Positions 27,311 to 40,035 of a stretch of 64,000 nt of DNA are shown here, piece after piece. The DNA comes from Octopus sinensis (taxonomy: Eukaryota). The position numbers and the translations under genes were made by a program. The stretch lies in NCBI RefSeq assembly GCF_006345805.1, contig NC_042998.1, positions 175,522,001-175,586,000 of the forward strand, written 5' to 3'. Position 1 is the stretch's first letter. Each line of letters begins with the position of its first letter. The notes beneath the pieces are model-generated. The model was not told the origin of the DNA and ran no database searches. It was given only the letters and a program-made list of their open reading frames with translations.

Positions 27311-27816
27311 GTAAGATTATCATTTATATTTACAATATATTAATAGAAGCTTGACTAAAATTGAGCTAGAGAAATTATTGCTATTTTATGTTGTTTTAAA
27401 ACAGAAAATTTATTGTTCTCTTTATAAGAAACAATTATTTCTCATTATAGAAAATTTGTATTTTCTTAGGTTTGAAGAAGTAAAACATCTTGGATCAGTT
27501 GGGTGAGCCTAATTAGATATGATCTTTTATGAGTATTTCTAGTGTTTTCAGATTAGGCTTAGTGTTATATCTTTCCACACTTCTCAAATGTGTTTTGTAA
27601 GGTACAGAGCATATGTCTTTGGAGATCTCTAAGCTATGAGATGTTTTCAGTTTTTTGAATTTCCCTTTAAGAAACAAGAATCTCAAGAATGTATACATAT
27701 GTGTGTGTGAGTGTTGTATGTTTGTGTTTCCTTGTTTTGATAGTTGTAAAGGAATGCTGCTGTCATATAAGCAATGTCATCCTGTTCTATATTCTGCCAA
27801 AATGTATCATGCTCTG

Positions 27817-28122
27817 TTGTTGTTTGTTCCTTCTCAAGCCACGCTTGGCTCATAGGGCCGGTTTCCCGGTTTCTGTGGCGTAAGGTTTCCCACCGGGACA
27901 GGATGCTGGTCCATTGCAGGTGAGCTGCAAGATGCAGGAGGAAAGAGTGAGAGAAAGTTGTGGCGAAAGAGTCAGCAGAAGTTCGCCATTACCTTCTGCC
28001 GGAGCCATGTGGAGCTTCGGTGTTTCGCTCATAAACACACACCTCGCCCAGTCTGAGATTCAAACCCGCGATCCCTCGACCGCAAGTCCTCTGCTTTAAC
28101 CACTAGGCCATGTGCCTCCATG
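27817..28122 (-). mobile_element. Same-head tRNA SINE, tail type C
   Basis: 11-bp TSD atcatgctctg (27806-27816 / 28123-28133); inserted into an older RTE-tailed repeat. Confidence 0.88.
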
Positions 28123-28469
28123 ATCATGCTCTGGGAAAATATCTTTTTTAGAAACAGGTGAGGGTTGGCACCAAGAAGGACATTGCTTCAATAAATGCTG
28201 TCTGACAAAGGTGGACATCAACTTATTGACAACAATGGCAATGGTGATAATGCTTTGAAAAAACTCAAAAACAGAACTCCTCCAAGAGTTCTGGCTAAAA
28301 ACCTCAAGACATACTATTCTCAGAAATCTCAACAAGCCTCTTTATATCAGCACTAGAAACTTAAACTACTTGTATCATTTCAAACAGCTGATTCAAAAGT
28401 AGTCTGTATAAGTTTGTGTTCTAAAGTCAGTTATTATAATTTTTGTAATAGGGATGAAAGTTGGGAATT

Positions 28470-28757
28470 TGTAAGTATTAATGTACACCCCATGTAGTGC
28501 CACATAAAAGTGTCCATGTGGAATCATGTAAAAGCACTTGTGCGGTGCCATGTAAAAGTGCTCCTGCAGTACCATGTAAAGCACCTGTGTAGTGCTATGT
28601 AAAAGCACCCAGCACACTCTGTAAGTGGTTGGTGTTAGGAAGGGCATCCAGCTGTAGAAACCAAGCCAAATCAGACAAGTCTGGTGTAGCTCCCCAGCAT
28701 GTCAGCTCTGGTCAAACTGTCCAACCCATGCCAACATGGACAACAGATGTTAAATGG

Positions 28758-28788
<31 letters not shown>

Positions 28789-28800
28789 AATGATGATGAT
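28470..28800 (+). mobile_element. RTE 3'UTR/tail with repeated gtaaaagcac-like subunits
   Basis: Tail motif plus (GAT)n. Confidence 0.8.
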
Positions 28801-28832
28801 ACATTTAAACACATATAGTAATTAATTGCCAC

Positions 28833-29137
28833 TCTGTTGGTTATGACACATGTTCCAGTTGATCCGATCAACAGAACAACCTGCTTGTGAAATTAACATG
28901 CATGTGGCTGAGCACTTCATAGACATGTGTGCCCTTAATGTAGTTCTTAAGGAGATTTAGCATGACACAGAATGTGACAAGGCTGGCTCTTTGAAATACA
29001 GATAGTACTCATTTTTGCCAGCAGAGTGGACTGGAGTAATGTGAAATAAAGTATCTTGCTCAAGGACACTGTGCACTGCTGGGAATTGAACTCTTGACTT
29101 AGTCTGTGAGTCAGACACTCTAATCACTAAGCCACAC
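28833..29137 (-). mobile_element. CORE-like SINE carrying tail type A
   Basis: The reverse strand has tgtccttgagcaagatactttatttcac...aaaaatgagta (CORE-like), followed by a tail matching 3660-3810. Confidence 0.75.
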
Positions 29138-29194
29138 TTCTTCATATACTAATATAACATCATTAAAAATAATGTTTCCTTCTTTTACCAATGA

Positions 29195-29332
<138 letters not shown>

Positions 29333-29410
29333 TAATGACTTTTTGATTAACCATTTCATAATCATATTACTAATGAAACAGCCTATCTATATGGTTATTA
29401 ATGACATTAC

Positions 29411-29980
29411 TATTGGGTTGTCTGAAAAGTTTGTGCCGATTTTTAAAGGAAAGAAAAAGGTCAATAAATACTTGCCATTACATTTTTAATCAACCAAATA
29501 TGAACCATTTTGTTGCACAATGCATCTCCATCTTTCCTTTAACTTGAAAATGCCCTCTTCCCAGAATTAAGGTGGTTTCATGGCAAAGAATTCATCAAGG
29601 TATCTTTTTACATCATCCAAGGAATTGAAATTGTTACCATTAAGACTATTCTGCAGAGACCTGAATAAATGGAAATCTGAAGGAGCAATATCTGGTGAAT
29701 ATGGAGGGTGGAGTAACACATCCTAGCCGAGCTGCAGCAATTTTTGTCTGGTTCCCAAAGCATCAAGTGCTGAAAATGAACTTTCTTATCTTCCATTTTA
29801 AATAATTACAGAACTAACACAGGTTATAGGAACATAAACCTTCTTCCACGAAAAGATAGCTTAAACTGTGCTCTAAATGGAGGTGTAGTCAAATCCTATT
29901 TTATGGACTTAACCATGTTCTAAAACAAGTCGAAAGGTAAGCTACTATAAATCGGCATGAACTTTCTGGACAACCCAATA
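29411..29980 (-). mobile_element. Internally deleted mariner (DD34D) with both TIRs
   Basis: TIRs tattgggttgtctgaaaagtttgtgccgattt / aaatcggcatgaactttctggacaacccaata with TA ends. The N-terminus MEDKKVHFQHLML is fused to DVLLHPPYSPDIAPSDFHLFRSLQNSL...RWRCIVQQNGSY. Confidence 0.92.
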
Positions 29981-30286
29981 TTTATGATACTAACAGCAAA
30001 AGTTTATGTGTGGCTATGTGTACAACTTTTGTAGCAATTAATGTTTCTCCTAATCCTTTGCCTAGAAGTGGCCCATAGGGCCTCCTTACTTAAAGTGATT
30101 TTGAATAATGAAAAAGGTGTTGGTGAGTAAAGTTTAGACTGTTAGATAAACAACTACTTTTTGGTGTCCAGAATAAGTATGAGCATAATAACTACATTAC
30201 TTACATGAGCCGTACTGTTTTTTTTATGTAAAGGGTTCTGTGATGGAATGTTGTCATTGATTTAATTCCTGTTTTGTGTAATCCAG

Positions 30287-30512
30287 GGTAAAGAAGTAAT
30301 AGAATACTACATCAACGAACTACTGAAGGAGAATATTACATATATCCCACCTTGGACAGAGACCAAGACAGAAGGAAAGAGTTCTGAGGAGTGTTCAGGT
30401 TTGGCTAAAGGGATGAAAACACTTAGCTGCCAAGATGCTGATGTTTGCACTACATCTGATGCTGCCTCTTCACTCTACAGTCAGGCAGAGGGAACATCGA
30501 AAAATGCTGAAG
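30287..30512 (+). CDS. SEC14L1: SEC14L1-like exon (PRELI end + linker), 226 nt, phase 0-1
   Basis: atccag|GGTAAA...GCTGAAG|gtttgc; GKEVIEYYINELLKENITYIPPWTETKTEGKSSEECSG...TSKNAE. Confidence 0.88.
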
Positions 30513-30814
30513 GTTTGCATTCTTTCTTTATTGAAATATTTCTTCTTGTAAGCTTCTCAAACTTAGGGTATCCAAAAGATGGCCACATCATATTTCAATG
30601 TTCAATAAAATATATTTAAATTTTTCCAACTGTGATGGTACTGAAATAACATTTATGGCTCAACTTTACTTCTTATTTTACCTAAATTAGTAAAATGTGC
30701 ACTAATAATATATTGTAATTGTATTAAGTTAGTTTTGTTTAATGAAAACAAATCAATTTACTATGATGACACTAATTTATGTAAACAGAAACTTATCTAA
30801 CTACTACTGCTGCT

Positions 30815-31189
30815 TTGTTTGTTTGTTTGTTGAGCGAAGCAGTCTTCGTCCCAGTGGGAGAAGTCCAAAACGTGGTCCTTTGCTATTCGTAAGACCCGCT
30901 GAAGAGAAAGCAGGTCAACCCCCCGACACCGAGAGCATCGACAGATGGATGAATGCGCATTCAGGCTCAGCGGTTGCGTAGGAAGTCGGGGACAAGAAAC
31001 AGGAAGAAAGAGTGAGAGAAAGTTGGGGCGAAAGAGTACAACAGGGGTCGCCACCACTCCCTGCTGGAGCCTCGTGGAGCTTTAGGTGTTTTCGCTCAAT
31101 AAACACACACAACGCCCGATCTGGGAATCGAAACCGCGATCCTCCGACCGCGAGTCTGCTGTCCTAACCACTGGGCCATTGCGCCTCCA
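30815..31189 (-). mobile_element. Same-head tRNA SINE, tail type B, young
   Basis: 14-bp TSD ctactactgctgct (30801-30814 / 31190-31203); (AAAC)n tail. Confidence 0.9.
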
Positions 31190-31613
31190 CTACTACTGCT
31201 GCTGTTTGCATATCAAGTACTTTGGAGGTTGGCCATAATAGAAACTGCTGCTGTTCCTGTTAATATTCCAATATATAAATTCTTTGTTAGCATTGTTTTA
31301 GTACTGCTCTTATTTTTATCATAGCATTCCAAGATTTTGATACCCAATTGAAGCATTTTTGTTCCACTTATGTTGCCAAGACTTTTAGGAATGATGAAAA
31401 CATAACTATTTACAATTTTCCTCCTTTAAAATGTTGGACTTCATTCTATTTTTTATTAATTTAAATATTTTTTGTATTCATATTACTTTATGATTTCTAA
31501 GAGAGATTCTGTGCACATTTTCTTCTCTTTTGGCTTCATTTATTGTAATCATAATATATTTTTCATAAAGTATGTACAAAATATCTGAGTCTAGGAAGAA
31601 ATAAGTGTTTGGA

Positions 31614-31649
<36 letters not shown>

Positions 31650-32500
31650 TGTCACAAAATTGGACATATGGGCAAAGCCAGTTTGTAGTTTGTGTAGAAC
31701 TAAATTGATTTCAATATATTATTGAGATTTATTTTCTTCACTTGGTGGGATGGTGATAAAATTGAAAATTTTTCCTGACTGCATTTTAAGTGAGAAACAA
31801 GACTTCAATCCAAGCACTGAAAAGAATATTAGCCTGTAGTCTAACAGTGCCTTTAGGGAAAATATTGAAGGTAGAAATAAACAAAAATATGTACTTTTAT
31901 ATATCTTTGTGTGAAATTTCATGGTTTGATTATTTTGTTATCAGTGGTATGTTAACTGATAATATTTAATTTATTCAGTCATAATTGTAAATAAAGTAGT
32001 TGATATTCATTACTAATTATAATTAATACTCTCATTAGTTATAATTCATAAATGATATTAGTCTGCTTATGGTCCTACCTTTTTAAAATTTCCCTGTTTT
32101 TTCTCTATATGAGAATAAGGATAAGTAAAACAAACTCTATCTTGCAATTACTAACATAGCAAAAGCTTTTGACATACCCCTATATCGTGTAGTGTGGTAG
32201 GCAATAAGAAAACTACATATAGAAGGACAATGTCTGAGAACTCTTCAGGCTATGATTAGATTCAGGATTGGAAAAACACTCAGCAAGATATTTAGTGTTT
32301 GAGTGGATAATCACAGAAAATGTTGAGGACTGACAATTTATAGAAACTTTTATATACTGACAACTTGATTTTATTGTTGAATATATCAATGAGTCTTACT
32401 CAGAAAATGAATTTGAGTTAGAATCAATGTCTAAATGAATATTTAGAAAATAATTGTTATCAAACTACATTAATAGTTATATTCTGAAATGATCTTTCAG

Positions 32501-32554
32501 ATAAGAGAGCACAAGCTGAAGATACTTCTATCGAAGCTGACAAAAAGAATAAAA
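32501..32554 (+). CDS. SEC14L1: SEC14L1-like small linker exon, 54 nt, phase 1-1
   Basis: tttcag|ATAAGA...AATAAAA|gtaagt; strong splice sites, open frame (D)KRAQAEDTSIEADKKNK, phase-compatible with both neighbours. Supported by splice signals only, not by homology. Confidence 0.7.
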
Positions 32555-33405
32555 GTAAGTACCAGTGTATCTTTATTTTGTTCATTAAGGCTGTTTAAAT
32601 GGATGGAAATTTCAATTTTTGTTGTTATGTTCCAGTTTGAAATTTCAAGTTGACTAAATTTATTTTCATAAACCTGAAATTTTTTTTCATACTATCAAAT
32701 TTAAATTCAAATCCCTCTTTTCATTGAATTTTGCTTTGAGTTCAAGTTTCAGTTTTAGTTCAAAAATTTGCTTTGATTTGATTTCTTGCCACATGAATTT
32801 CAGTCTAAGCAAACTTCTCAGTTTTATAAATTGTAAATTTCTGAACAAAAGAACTAGTGGAAGTGGAATCAAAGTTTTCTTTTGTGGCAGTTGTGAGGAA
32901 TCTCAAATCCTGAAGGAATTATGAAAAGAATCAATCAAACACAGACACAATAAGATCACTAGAGATATCTCTGAATAAAGCCTCAGTCCATAACACTTGT
33001 TGTTTATTGGAGGGTAACTGATGAAATACTCATTAGAAGAAATGCACAAGAATATCAATACAAAAATATAAGTAGCTTTCAAGTATAGTCATTATTATCA
33101 TCATGTTATTGTTATAGCTAACATACTCATTGTCATAATCATTATTTTAATTGCCATTGTCCTCATTATGGCTGAAGTGATTTGTGAGAATAAATGGAAG
33201 TTGTTAATCAGATAATCACTGTGGTGTAGAGGTTAGTCCCCGATGTGCAGAATCTCCGATTCAACAAGAAACTATTCCACTTTGCTTTAACCTATACTAC
33301 TAATGATCTTTAGTAACCCATTGAAACTACAATTTCCATTTTCTTATTTCAAAACAAAAGGCTGATCACTTTTGGATATAAATTGTTAAGAAGACAGAGA
33401 CATTG

Positions 33406-35733
33406 TCATCATCATCATCATCGTCATTTAACGTCCGTTCTCCATGCTAGCATGGGTTGGACGGTTCGACCGGGGTTCTGGGAAGCCAGAAGGCTGCACC
33501 AGGCTCCAGTCTAATTTGGCAATGTTTCTACAGCTGGATGCCCTTCCTAACGCCAACCACTCCGTGAGTGTAGTGGGTGCTTTTTACGTGCCACCTGCAC
33601 AGGTGCCAGGCGGGGCTGGCAACGGCCACGGTCAGATTGGTGTATTTTATGTGCCACCGGCACGGAAGCCAGTCGAGGCGGTGCTGGCATCGGCCACGAG
33701 TCGGATAGTGCTTTTTACGTACCACCAGACCAGGGATCCTGGCTGGTTCAATTCGATTTCGATTTCGCTTGCCCCAACATGTCTTCACAAGCAAAGGGGG
33801 TTGGCAAGGGTGCCTGTCGTACGGTCGCATTGGAGTATTTTACGTGCCACGGCCACGAGTCGGATAGTGCTTTTTACGTACCACCAGACCAGGGATCCTG
33901 GCTGGTTCAATTCGATTTCGATTTCGCTTGCCCCAACATGTCTTCACAAGCAAAGGGGGTTGGCATGGGTGCCTGTCGTACGGTCGCATTGGAGTATTTT
34001 ACGTGCCACGGCCCCGAGTCGGATAGTGCTTTTTACGTACCACCAGGCCAGGGATCCTGGCTGGTTCAATTCGGTTTCGATTTCGATTTCGATTTCGCTT
34101 GCCCCAACATGTCTTCGCAAGCATGGGGGGTTGGGATGGGTGTCTGTCGTCGGATGAGGTTCTATATCGACTTCGCTTGCCTCAACCGGTCTTTGTGTCC
34201 AAGGGAGGAAAGGCATTCATAAGTGGGCTGGGCTCACTTGTCCTGCCTGGTCTTCTCACGTACAGAATATTTCCAAAGGTCTCGGTCTCTGGTCATTTCC
34301 TCAGTGAGGCCTAAAGTTCGAAGGTCGTGCTTCACCACCTCGTCCCAGGTTTTCCTGGGTCTACCTCTTCCACGGGTTCCCTCAACTGCTAGGGATTGGC
34401 ACTTTCTCACACACCTATCTTCATCCATTCTCGCCACATGACCATACCAGCGCAATCGTCTCTCTTGCACACCACAACTGATGCTTCTTAGGTACAACAT
34501 TTCTCTCAAGGTGCTAACGCTCTGTCGAGTATGTACACTGACATTACACATCCATCGGAGCATACTGGCTTCATTCCTCACGAGCTTACGCATGTCCTCA
34601 GCAGTCACAGCCCATGTTTCGCTGCCATGTAGCATGGCTGTTCGTACACACGCATCATACAGTCTGCCTTTTACTCTGAGCGAGAGGCCTTTAGTCACCA
34701 GCAGAGGTAAGAGCTCCCTAAACTTTGCCCAGGCTATTCTTATTCTAGCAGTTACACTTTCAGCGCACCCACCCCCACTACTGACTTGGTCACCTAGATA
34801 ACGGAAGCTATCAACTACTTCTAGTTTTTCCCCCTGGAAAGTGACGGAAGTTGTTTTCTGCAGATTTTCGGAGGTTAATGCTCCCGAGCATCTGCCACAT
34901 ACAAAAACTATCTTCCCAGTTAGCCTACCTTTGACATTGCTGCACCTCTTATGTGTCCATAGCTTACACTGGGTACATCTTATAGAGTTTCTACCTACAC
35001 CTTTTCTACAGATCGAGCAGGGCCATCTTCCTGAAGATATTTGTGGATTGTCTACCTTTCTACTTATTAGTACTTTGGTTTTAGCTAGGTTGACTCTAAG
35101 GCCCCTTGATTCTAAACCCTCCTTCCACACCTGGAACTTCTCCTCCAGTTCTGATAGTGACTCAGCAATAAGAGCAAGGTCGTCAGCGTAGAGGAGCTCC
35201 CAGGGACAGCCTGTCTTGAATTCCTCCGTAATTGCCTGGAGTACTATGATAAATAGGAGGGGGCTGAGTACTGAACCCTGGTGGACCCCAACCTCTACTT
35301 TGAATTCTTCTGTGTACATGTTGCCAACCCTAACCTTACTTACGGCATCTCTGTACATGGCTTGCACAGTCCTCACCAGCCATTCATCTATCCCTAGTTT
35401 CCTCATTGACCACCAGATAAGGGATCGGGGGACCCTATCAAAAGCTTTCTCCATGTCAACGAAAGCCAGGTACAGGGGCTTATCTTTGGCTAGGTATTTC
35501 TCCTGCAGCTGCCTTACCAGGAATATAGCATCAGTGGTACTTTTTCCTGGCACGAACCCAAACTGCATCTCATCTAAACTAACTCTCTCTCTAATTAGTT
35601 GGGCTATGACCCTCTCCGTAACCTTCATTACTTGATCCAACAGCTTGATACCTCTGTAATTATTTGTATCTAGGGCATCACCTTTACCTTTGTAGCAGTT
35701 GACTAGTATGCTGCTGCACCAGTCATTGGGTAT
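33406..35733 (-). mobile_element. RTE-clade LINE, 5'-truncated, 2.3 kb; RT ORF open to its stop at 34234, then 3'UTR and (ATG)n tail
   Basis: ORF 34234..35640 has FVPGKSTTDAIF, LAFVDMEKAFDRV, GVHQGSVLSP, LLYADD, FRYLG and RGRPRKTW motifs. The frame continues upstream (IPNDWCSSILVNCYKGKGDALDTNNYRGIKLL) to about 35733. Confidence 0.95.
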
Positions 35734-37700
35734 TCAGCTATATTTATTTTACTGTTTTGTGAAATAAATACTTTGTAAACCAATCTCTTTCTTGTCAAAC
35801 AAGAACTAACTTAACCATTTTTTGCTATCAAATCAATAAAAAAAAAACCTGCCAAGAAAAATAAATGCTGAATTACTTCAGAGTACATTAAATATAATGT
35901 TGCAAGCTTTTCACCAGAAGTTAACAAATCGATATTTCTAACATTAATTCTTGGTAACAGTAGCACATTCCTAGAATGTCAGAAATGGAATATTTCAGCA
36001 TGTAATGTTTTTGTTTATCATTTTGTTTTGTTTATTTTTCTGGCAGTGTATTTTCTGATGGTTCCAAATCTAATGGAATCTAATGACTTTTCATCTGCTC
36101 ATCACCATTAGCAATCTGCTCTCTTTTACTTTAGAAAGTTATGGAGAAAGTTTTAGAAACTGGCCTAGTAAACTCAGCAACCTGATTTCAAATCTTAATT
36201 GGAAAAGTGAATCAAACACAAAAAAACTAGGATTTACATTTCAGTTATATTTAGTTGTTGTTTAGCCCCAGGTCAGATCTGATCAAACTTTGAGCATTTC
36301 ATTCTTTTTTTTTTTACTTGATTTAGGGTATGTATAACTACATTATCCTGTATATCTTTCCCTTTTTAAGAAAGTTAGATATAATTTGAAGGGGATTTAC
36401 TTGCTATTTTTAGCAGGTATGTAGGCATCTGTTGTTCCCTCCCCTTCTCCTTGTCGTCCCCTCCCCAACCTCATTGCCCCCCCCCCTCCACCCTCATTGG
36501 TACTGAACTGATCCACACTGTGTAATATGAAATTGCAATTTGGTTTCTGTAAGAAGCTTATATAAATCATCCAGTAATATCGATGGCACTTTGAAAAGAG
36601 TATGAGCACCATAAATTCCCTTTAACTTTCTTTCCCATAGATCTTAAAGCCCTATACTTATTGAAGAAATTAACTCAGATGAAATGATGTAAAACTATGC
36701 AAAGAAAATACACTGTTGTATAGATACTTGATGTGAGCATGGAAAAAATAGATGTTAAATCAGTATGGAAGCTCATAAAAAACAAAATTGCATTTATATC
36801 TATGCATTTAAAATAGATTTCAATTAGAATTCACCATTAGGGACTCTTACCTGCCGCTACAACACCGTAGTCAATGAAATTAGACCTCATTGACTACAGT
36901 ATTCTCATGACATGTAAAGTCAGCTTGAGCAAACATGTATACTTTAGAATCTAGTAGTCATTAACTAGATGTTATTCTATTAAGTTATTCAAGAATGAGT
37001 TTTAACAAAGTTATAAAAACAGTAAGTTTTCTCTCAAACAATATATAACAGATGAATTCCGCTATCAGTCGGGATGATGTCTGCTCAGTTAAAGCTAACC
37101 AAATTTTGTCTGTCTTTTCTGTCTTTTTTATATCTGTCAAAGCAACTTCTGCTCTTTTGACCCCAATATATGAGCGTATTTTCTTGCCGCATCTTTCTGT
37201 CTTCCTCTCTCTCTTTCTCTTCCCTCTTTCCAGTTATATCTTTTGTTTCTTAGTCACTTGACCTGCTAAAAATAGCAATTGAATTTCTTTTGAATTACAC
37301 TCTATCATTTTCAAAAAAGTTGACATCCAAGTCAGCATTAGTATATGTAATTCTAGATACATGATGACTAAAAAAATGATGATAGTCATGACTGGAACGT
37401 TTTGATCATGAGTCTGCTCAGTCAGGGCTGATCCGGATCTAAACAACAACAACTCCTACTTGTCCAATGGTTATCTTAATCTTAGCTACCCGTAGTTTTC
37501 TTAACTTTACTAACTTTACCTAGTTATCCCTGTTTCCTTTTCTTAGAAAATTGTAAAAAGATTATAGACAAAGATTCTTTGACAATGAATGAAAAGTAAA
37601 AACTGATCAGTTCAGAAATGGTTTTATTGAAAAAACAGGAAATTTGTTATTATAAAACAATGGCACTTACAGTTATACATGACAATCATGGAATAAATAA

Positions 37701-37958
<258 letters not shown>

Positions 37959-38342
37959 TAAAAATTTATAACTGTGTGATAGTTTGATTGCATTCCTTGT
38001 GTCTTGAAAGATTGTGAACATTATTATTAACACAGTATGATTGATATTATATGACACAAATAATCTCTATTGTTTGTTTTCATCTAGGTAGACTGTTTTT
38101 CTCATAATGACTTTCTCATCAGATCTGGTATTCTATTAGTGACTCTTACCTGCCGCTACACAAATTGATAATATTCTTGAAAAAAGTAGGAGTGTCATAC
38201 AGTTTTTTTTTCTTCACTTTACTGTATTTGTTGAGACCTTTGTATCAATGCAAGAATTAATGAGTTGCATGTTAATTATGATGATGATGATATCCACTGC
38301 AAGAATTTTTTTGGAGAATACTTTCTGTGTCTCAGTTCATTT

Positions 38343-38530
38343 ATCATCATCATCATCATCATCATAATTTAACATCTGCTTTCCATGCTAGCATGGGTTG
38401 GACAAATGACTGAGGGCTGGCGAACCAGAGGGCTGCACCAGGCTTCAATCTTGATCTCGCAGAGTTTCTACAGCTGTATGCCCTTCCTAACGCCAACCAC
38501 TCTGAGAGTGTAGTGGGTGCTTTTATGTGC
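38343..38530 (-). mobile_element. RTE 3' tail
   Basis: Reverse complement of the shared tail; lies inside a 60-bp perfect inverted repeat (see findings). Confidence 0.85.
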
Positions 38531-38775
38531 AAGCAATAGAATACCAGATCTGATGAGAAAGTCATTATGAGAAAAACAGTCTACCTAGATGAAATGTTAT
38601 TTATCTTCTGAACACCTCAGTACCACCCCTATAGACCCATGCTATTTCCTCCTTGTTAACATAAATTTAAATACATGCTTCATAATTTGACAATTTCTGT
38701 AATTTCGCATTTTAAAAACTTTCAATACAAGTTGGTTATGAATGGTATTTCTTATACATCCTTGTTCCATTGCAG

Positions 38776-38965
38776 ATTCCCAAAGATGCACACATTCTTC
38801 GCTTTTTACGAGCACGACAGTTTAATATTGAAAAAGCCAGAGAAATGCTGGTTCATTCTTTAGCTTGGCGTAAACTTCACAACATTGATCATCTTCTTGA
38901 TAGTTATCGACCATCACAGGTCATCCAAAAATATTACCCTGGTGGATGGCACTTCTCAGACAATG
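38776..38965 (+). CDS. SEC14L1: SEC14L1-like exon, 190 nt
   Basis: ttgcag|ATTCCC...AATG|gttggt; IPKDAHILRFLRARQFNIEKAREMLVHSLAWRKLHNIDHLLDSYRPSQVIQKYYPGGWHFSDN. Confidence 0.95.
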
Positions 38966-39109
38966 GTTGGTAAAATTTCAAAATTGAATTATCTTTGAAT
39001 GTACTGTATCTATAAATTATCATAGGAATAATGATGATTGTGCTGGTAACAGTAATTATCACCATCGTTATCATTATTATCATTGCCATTGTCATTCTTG
39101 TTGTTATAA

Positions 39110-39320
39110 GGTGGTGAGCTGGTAGATTTGTTAGTTCATTGGACAAAACACTTAGTGACATTTCTTCCAGCTCTTTACATTTTAAGCCCAACTTCCACCA
39201 AAGCCGACCTTACCTTTCATCCTTTGGAGGAGGTGCAGCATAAAATAATTACCAGTTGAACATTGGGGTCAATGTAATTGACTTACCTCCTACCCCTAAA
39301 TTTGCTGGCCTTGTACCAAA
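39110..39320 (+). mobile_element. Diverged copy of the same SINE family
   Basis: ggtggtgagctggtaga...accttacctttcatcctttgg...ggggtcaatgtaattgact. Confidence 0.75.
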
Positions 39321-39879
39321 GTTTGAAATCATTATCATAATATAATTTTTTTCCCCCAGACTGGCAAGAATTGTGAACTGAACTTCTGGATAAATATATT
39401 TTTTTCATTTGAGTTTATGCTTTGCCAGTTTTTAACTTTTTTGGTCTTATCAAAACATTCACCTACCACTCAAAACTATCTTTCACCTGTCATTTATTAT
39501 CACATTCTCATTGTATATCAGTTATTGCTTTTGTATACACTGGTCAGTGATTCTGATATATAGATAGTGATGTAGCTAGACTTATGGCCTGTATATCAGT
39601 GTTTTGAATTTTGACACTTATTGTGTTTTGTTTTTGTGGCACAGTCTGTTTAGCCCTATTATCACTTCAGAATCCATATTAAGTAGGTCATTCAGCTACT
39701 CCAAAGGGCATAAACTAATATTTGAATTGTCAGACACCTATAATCTATGTTGGGTTAAGGTTAGGATATGTTGGCCCCAAAAGCACTTGTAAATCCTTTA
39801 TATCACCTTAATTCACTAACAAAACTTATTTCAACAATAGTATTTACTTTACTATTTTGATTTGCGTCATTAACATTTC

Positions 39880-40035
39880 TACTCTAGGCACAAGGCCCGA
39901 AATGTTTTTTGGGGAGGGAGCCAGTAGATTAGATCGACTGGTACTTAATTTATCAACCCCGAAAGGATGAAAGGCAAAGTTGACCTCGGTGGAATTTGAA
40001 CCCAGAACGTGACATCAGGTGAAATACCGCTAAGC
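39880..40035 (-). mobile_element. Same SINE family, partial
   Basis: ggatgaaaggcaaagttgacctcggtggaatttgaac. Confidence 0.8.

Noticed and set aside
33586-34050. Recurrent TACGTG (hypoxia-response-element-like) motifs in RTE 3'UTRs
   Set aside because: A 5-6 bp motif multiplied by tandem duplication; there is no evidence of regulatory function from sequence alone.
33692-34150. Regular 159-bp (and 98-bp at 10581) repeats as a CRISPR-like array
   Set aside because: Whole units are duplicated with no unique spacers, the context is eukaryotic, and they lie within LINE 3'UTRs.
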